Shown in pieces: positions 59,547 to 64,000 of a DNA stretch of 64,000 nucleotides; position 1 is the stretch's first letter; the number at the start of each line of letters is the position of its first letter. The stretch spans positions 48,050 to 112,049 of the forward strand of contig CALEBD010000406.1 in NCBI GenBank assembly GCA_937944945.1. The letters are read 5' to 3'. The translations under genes were made by a program, and so were the position numbers. The notes under the pieces were generated by a model. That model was not told the origin of the DNA. It ran no database searches and was given only the letters and a program-made list of their open reading frames with translations. The DNA is from an uncultured Clostridium sp. (GTDB lineage Bacteria; Bacillota; Clostridia; Peptostreptococcales; Peptostreptococcaceae).

Positions 59547-62500
59547 ATGTATATATAAATTTAAAGACCACGAATTTAGTAGTAAAAAGGAGTATGAAAA
59601 CTTTCTACTACAAAAAGGAGACGAACTATACGAAATCTACGGGGATTTGGTATTTAATGCTTTAGATAACGTAATAACTTAGGAAGCTTTAAAGAAAGTT
59701 AAAGCAGAGGCTCAAAAGCATGTTAAAGCTTATGCTGAGGCTAAGAAATTATACTAGGATGGAGAAGATAATCTAGAATTTAAACGCCCTTATATTGGTG
59801 TAACGGAATTTCTCGCGGATCTTACTAATTCTAAAGACTAGCTTTTAATGCCTTCTTTTAGAGAATTTGAATATTGGAGAAGACGTATTAAGGACTGGAA
59901 AGATCCCACTAAAGGATTTAATAATGACGAAATAGAACTATTCGGGAAGAATGTAACCGTTACCGATAATGTTAGCGAAGACTAGCTGAAGGAGTATTTA
60001 GATAACTTTGATAATAATTCAGAAACTACCAGTTAGACTTTAGGATTAATCAAACAAATGAAGGATAAGTGGAAAGCACAGGGCGAATTAGGTACAGAGA
60101 TCCATAGTATCTTAGAAATGCTTTTCAGAACTACAAAGGCTGGATTACTTATCACCCAGAGTGACAAAGCCATTAAGAGCTATATAAATTTACAGTATAA
60201 AGACAAAAAATTAAAGCAGGATACTATAAATAGTATAATTAAGTATGGAAAAAAGTTACACGAAGATTTAATTAATACATATGGACAGAATCTAACTTTC
60301 TTTCCTGAGTTTAAAGTAGTTACCAAGTTGGGATATGAGATCGAAGGGAAAGGAGATACCATCTTAGGAAAGATAGACCTATTGGTAGTTGATGGGGATG
60401 GGTATGCTCATGTTATTGACTATAAGACTTCCCCTAAAGATTCTTTTGATTCTGCGAAACAGAGAGCTTTTTGGTATCAGATGGGATTATATCATAGAAT
60501 GATTGAGAATGCCGGAATTAGAGTTAACAGTCCATCACCTAAAGTTATTGTTGCTCCTATAAAAATGCATAATTTCAGGTAGGAGGGAGACACTTGGGTA
60601 TTTGATACTATTTCAGCTAGGTTAGGAGAGTCTACTTTGGAAGATATAACTACTAGAGCAACATTAAATGAGGTTGCTGCTAATATTGATGAGTTTATTC
60701 CTCCTACCCCAGTTATTGATTTAACTCCCAAGGAAATTGTAACTAATGTTTCGTAGGTAATGGAGTATTCGTTTCCTAGTATAAATATGAGTAAGACTTG
60801 GGGAGACGAAGAAATAAAATCTATGATGGAAGGAAATATTGAGTAGGACCCAGAGTCTAAGAAATGGGTATTTAAAACTGAAAACTCTAAGATTCCATAT
60901 ACTGCTAACACTTAGGAAGAACTTTTTGAAAAAGTTAAAAAGTTCTATTAGGAAACTCTCCCAAAAAAACGCAGAGATATGGTAGCCTCTGTGGAAATGG
61001 CCTTGAAGAAAGGCATAAAAGAAAATACTAGTCTAGTTCCTTTACCAAAATAGGGAAGTATTAATGTTAAACAAGGAGCTTCCGCAGAATGGTTCTAGAA
61101 TCTAATGGGTAAGTACTGTAGGAACTATTATGAAATTATCGAAAATGAAGCAATAAAGGCTTATGGGGTTATTCTACTAAGAAACAAGCTCAACGGGTAG
61201 ATTGATATATTGAAAATTACTACTGACAATCTAGATTATTCTCATAAGTTTAATAAATCTAGTAGAAGATAGTTATTAACTGGGGCATTTGAAGTAGATA
61301 GTGTATAGGCTAGGAAACCTGGTTCATTGGCTATGAAAGCTACCAATGGAAACATACACTTGATGGAGACAATGGCAATCCTAAACTGTTTGCCTGAAAT
61401 AACCTCTAAAGAAGGAATTATTGGAAATATACTTGTAGCTAATCCCCATTCTCTACAGGGTACAGCGGCATCAAACGAGGAATTAGTCTACAATTTCGGA
61501 GAGTTAGTATCCCACATTGATGGATTCTAGAATAATATTAAGAACATTAAATTTGCGAATAAAGTAGAATTGGCTAAAAATAAGCTTAGAGAAGTATTAG
61601 AACTTGGTGCTAGCACACACTGGGAAGAGGATAAGTATAAGTTTGTAGGAAAGTATAAGGATTTATATACATAGTTGGATGAAGCAGTCTCTACTAATGA
61701 CAGAAGAGATATTCTTAGAAAATTGGAGGCAATTAGGAAAAAATTAGAAGAGCCTAATGGAGGTTTAAGAACTGAGTAGATAACATCGTTAGACACTTAT
61801 AGTGAGGAGGGAAATGAGTAGAGAACTTTATATAATCATATAATGTTAGCTATTGCTGAAATATAGGGAGTGCAGTTTAGACAGCAGACTAAAGACAACG
61901 AGAAGTATCTTGAGAGCATGAATATATTTAATAACGGGGTTAAATCTCTGATGTTAGATAATCCAGGAAATCTAGATAATGCTACTCTAAATAAATTAAC
62001 CTCTCTTATTACTGAAGCTTATTAGAACACTCGTGAGGATATGATGAGGGAGACTCCAATTATTAGAGAGCTAGTAGAGGAACTAAAGAAAAGCAAAGGG
62101 TTTGGAAAGCTATCAGAAATGACTGTTGGCAATTAGGCAAGCTTGTATAGAAATATGATAGAGTATAAAGATGGCGATATTCTATTTAAGAATCCCTGGA
62201 GCAACAAATTCTCTGGTACTGAACAGGAAAAGAAATTTCTTAAATATGCTCTTACTAAGATAAATTAGGATAGGTTTGGAACTGATGAATTGGATGAAAT
62301 GATAACTACAGAAGATGTTAGATTCTTTAGAGTTCCATTGGCTGTAGGAAGTTTATCCTCACAAGCTTCTTAGTTAGGAAGTATTGCTGAAGCATTCAAG
62401 AAGAGATTAGTTAGTAGATTGAGTCCAAAAAGATGGTGGGAAGAAACACAGAAATAGTTTCTAGGAGTATTCTCAGATGTCTAGAATCCCTCTTCTGAAG

Positions 62501-63999
62501 GAGAATTATTTCAGATGAATAATATGTTTGATGCTGGAAAGAATACAGAGTAGAGACTAGAGAAGATTGCAGAGAAGGGATATGATTATTTTGAGAATAA
62601 TCTAGAAACTTTGTTATTAAAGCATATATTTGCTTACTCTACTAAGAAAAACGTTGATTTAATTATGCCAATGGCTAAAGCATCAATGATCCATGTAATC
62701 ACTTAGGGATAGTTAACTAATAAAAAGTTTACTAATACTGCCAATTATATCACAGATTATATAAAATCTCATATTAAAAACGAATCTTTAATTCCTGAAA
62801 ATTAGTAGAATTTTAATGCTATTGTTAGCAGAATTAAAAATGCGGCATCATTCTTGGTGCTGGGATTTTCTCCTATTTAGTATGGCTACTAGATGATATA
62901 GGCTCTTTGGACCGATATAAGGCTAATGTATTAGGGAAGAGGAGATGAAAACACTCCTTTCACCTTTGAGAATTTTGCATTTGCTTTTAAAGAAGTTTAT
63001 AGAGAACTATTTACTCTTGGAGGAAAGCCTACTAAATGTAGCCTATTAAATGATATGTTTGCTATTAACGATAGAGATATGAATACTTATGCAGAACAGA
63101 CTAAATCAGATAGGTATGGAATATTCAATATGTCTAATATTGCTTTTCACTGCACCAGCAGACCAGATTATTACAGTAGAATGTCTATATTTGTCACTTA
63201 GTTAAAATAGGATGGCAGTTATGATGCCTATGAAAAAGTTGGAAACAAACTAGTATATGATTGGAAAAAGGATAAACGCTTTGAAGCATATGCTAATGGA
63301 AGGACTGATGACCCCAAATATAACGAACAAAAAGGGTTATATTACGCTATAGCTGAGTAGTTAGAAATAGAACATGCTAAAAATGCTGATGGTAGTTTAT
63401 TCTAGATCGGACAACCTTTACCTAAATCTCATACAAGCCAGCAGATTGAGAGTTTCAAATCGTTAGCTGATGATATTTATGGTTACTATGCCCACGAAAA
63501 AAAGGCAATGGTTCATTCCTATACTCTCGGAGCCTTGTGGATGCAAATGAGAACTTTCTGGTCTGGTAAGAAAAACCAGTATTTGGGAGGATAGGGTATC
63601 AAATTAAAAGGACACTATGCTCAGTAGAAGGATGCTAATGGTAATTTGTTATACCTCACCGAAGAAAATGGCAGAATGATACCAACTACAGAAAATACTG
63701 GAGTTCCAGTAGTAAAGTGGGAGGGAGAATGGTAGGAAGGAATTATGCTAACCTTATCATAGTTAATATCTGGAACCTTTCAAGGAGATGGATTAAAGCA
63801 TACTTTCGAAGATATGTGGTATAATGAGGATGAGAAGCTTAGAAATCTCTATAGAGCCAATTTACGACAAATCTAGTATGATTTACTAATGTTCTTTATT
63901 GTTGGTTCTCTTGTCACTGGAACATTAGCCGATTGGGATGATGAAAACATGAAGAAAGCTAAGGATTCTAGAGATATAGACGATGCAGCTATAGCAGCT
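59539..63999 (+). CDS. Giant virion protein with N-terminal PD-(D/E)XK nuclease domain (3'-truncated, >1480 aa, TAG=Gln)
   Basis: GTEIHSILE..PEFKV..GKIDLLVVD..VIDYKTS..QMGLY (AddB/RecB-like nuclease motifs); frame still open at the window end. Confidence 0.85.
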
Positions 64000-64000
64000 G

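Noticed and set aside
2862..61796. Minus-strand ORFs in the track (e.g. 6 of 60-140 aa at 2862, 21432, 29788, 36783, 57693, 60492)
   Set aside because: All are antisense to long code-15 genes and show no recognisable motifs; shadow ORFs
1..64000. Massive pseudogenisation or sequencing errors suggested by fragmented ORFs
   Set aside because: Interruptions are TAG only, without frameshifts, and fall at conserved Gln positions; recoding explains them
1..64000. Suppressor tRNA, CRISPR array or inteins
   Set aside because: Intergenic gaps are short with no cloverleaf or spaced direct repeats recognised; no intein splice motifs noticed (manual inspection only)

Overview
This 64 kb window is the late (virion morphogenesis) region of a crAss-like phage (Crassvirales, Bacteroidota host inferred; possibly Suoliviridae/former delta group, not verified). 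It uses an alternative genetic code in which TAG encodes Gln (code 15), so the supplied ORF track is shattered. With TAG read as Gln, the window resolves into about 35 tightly packed plus-strand genes that all end in TAA/TGA and often overlap (ATGA/TAATG). In order: tail-fibre genes, small accessory genes, an M15 endolysin, a tail-collar protein, scaffold, major capsid protein, a free-standing GIY-YIG homing endonuclease, ring and auxiliary capsid proteins, a holin-like gene, two IHF-like genes, a two-gene muzzle/stabilisation module, cargo/ejection proteins (including a GH73+lysozyme hydrolase), and four overlapping large genes carrying an SF1 helicase, the virion RNA polymerase (DYDID), a degenerate zincin and a PD-(D/E)XK nuclease. 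Most notable unexplained patterns: (1) head-to-tail terminal cysteines at every junction of the giant virion proteins; (2) a recurrent Phi-x-x-G-G peptide motif across six consecutive cargo proteins; (3) strongly graded TAG usage, with probable high-copy virion genes keeping exactly one TAG; (4) a ~90-aa hydrophobic Gly/Ala insert in the muzzle protein. Long genes were checked by frame agreement of ORF-track fragments plus partial manual reading, not codon by codon. Product names come from motif recall and gene order, not database searches.
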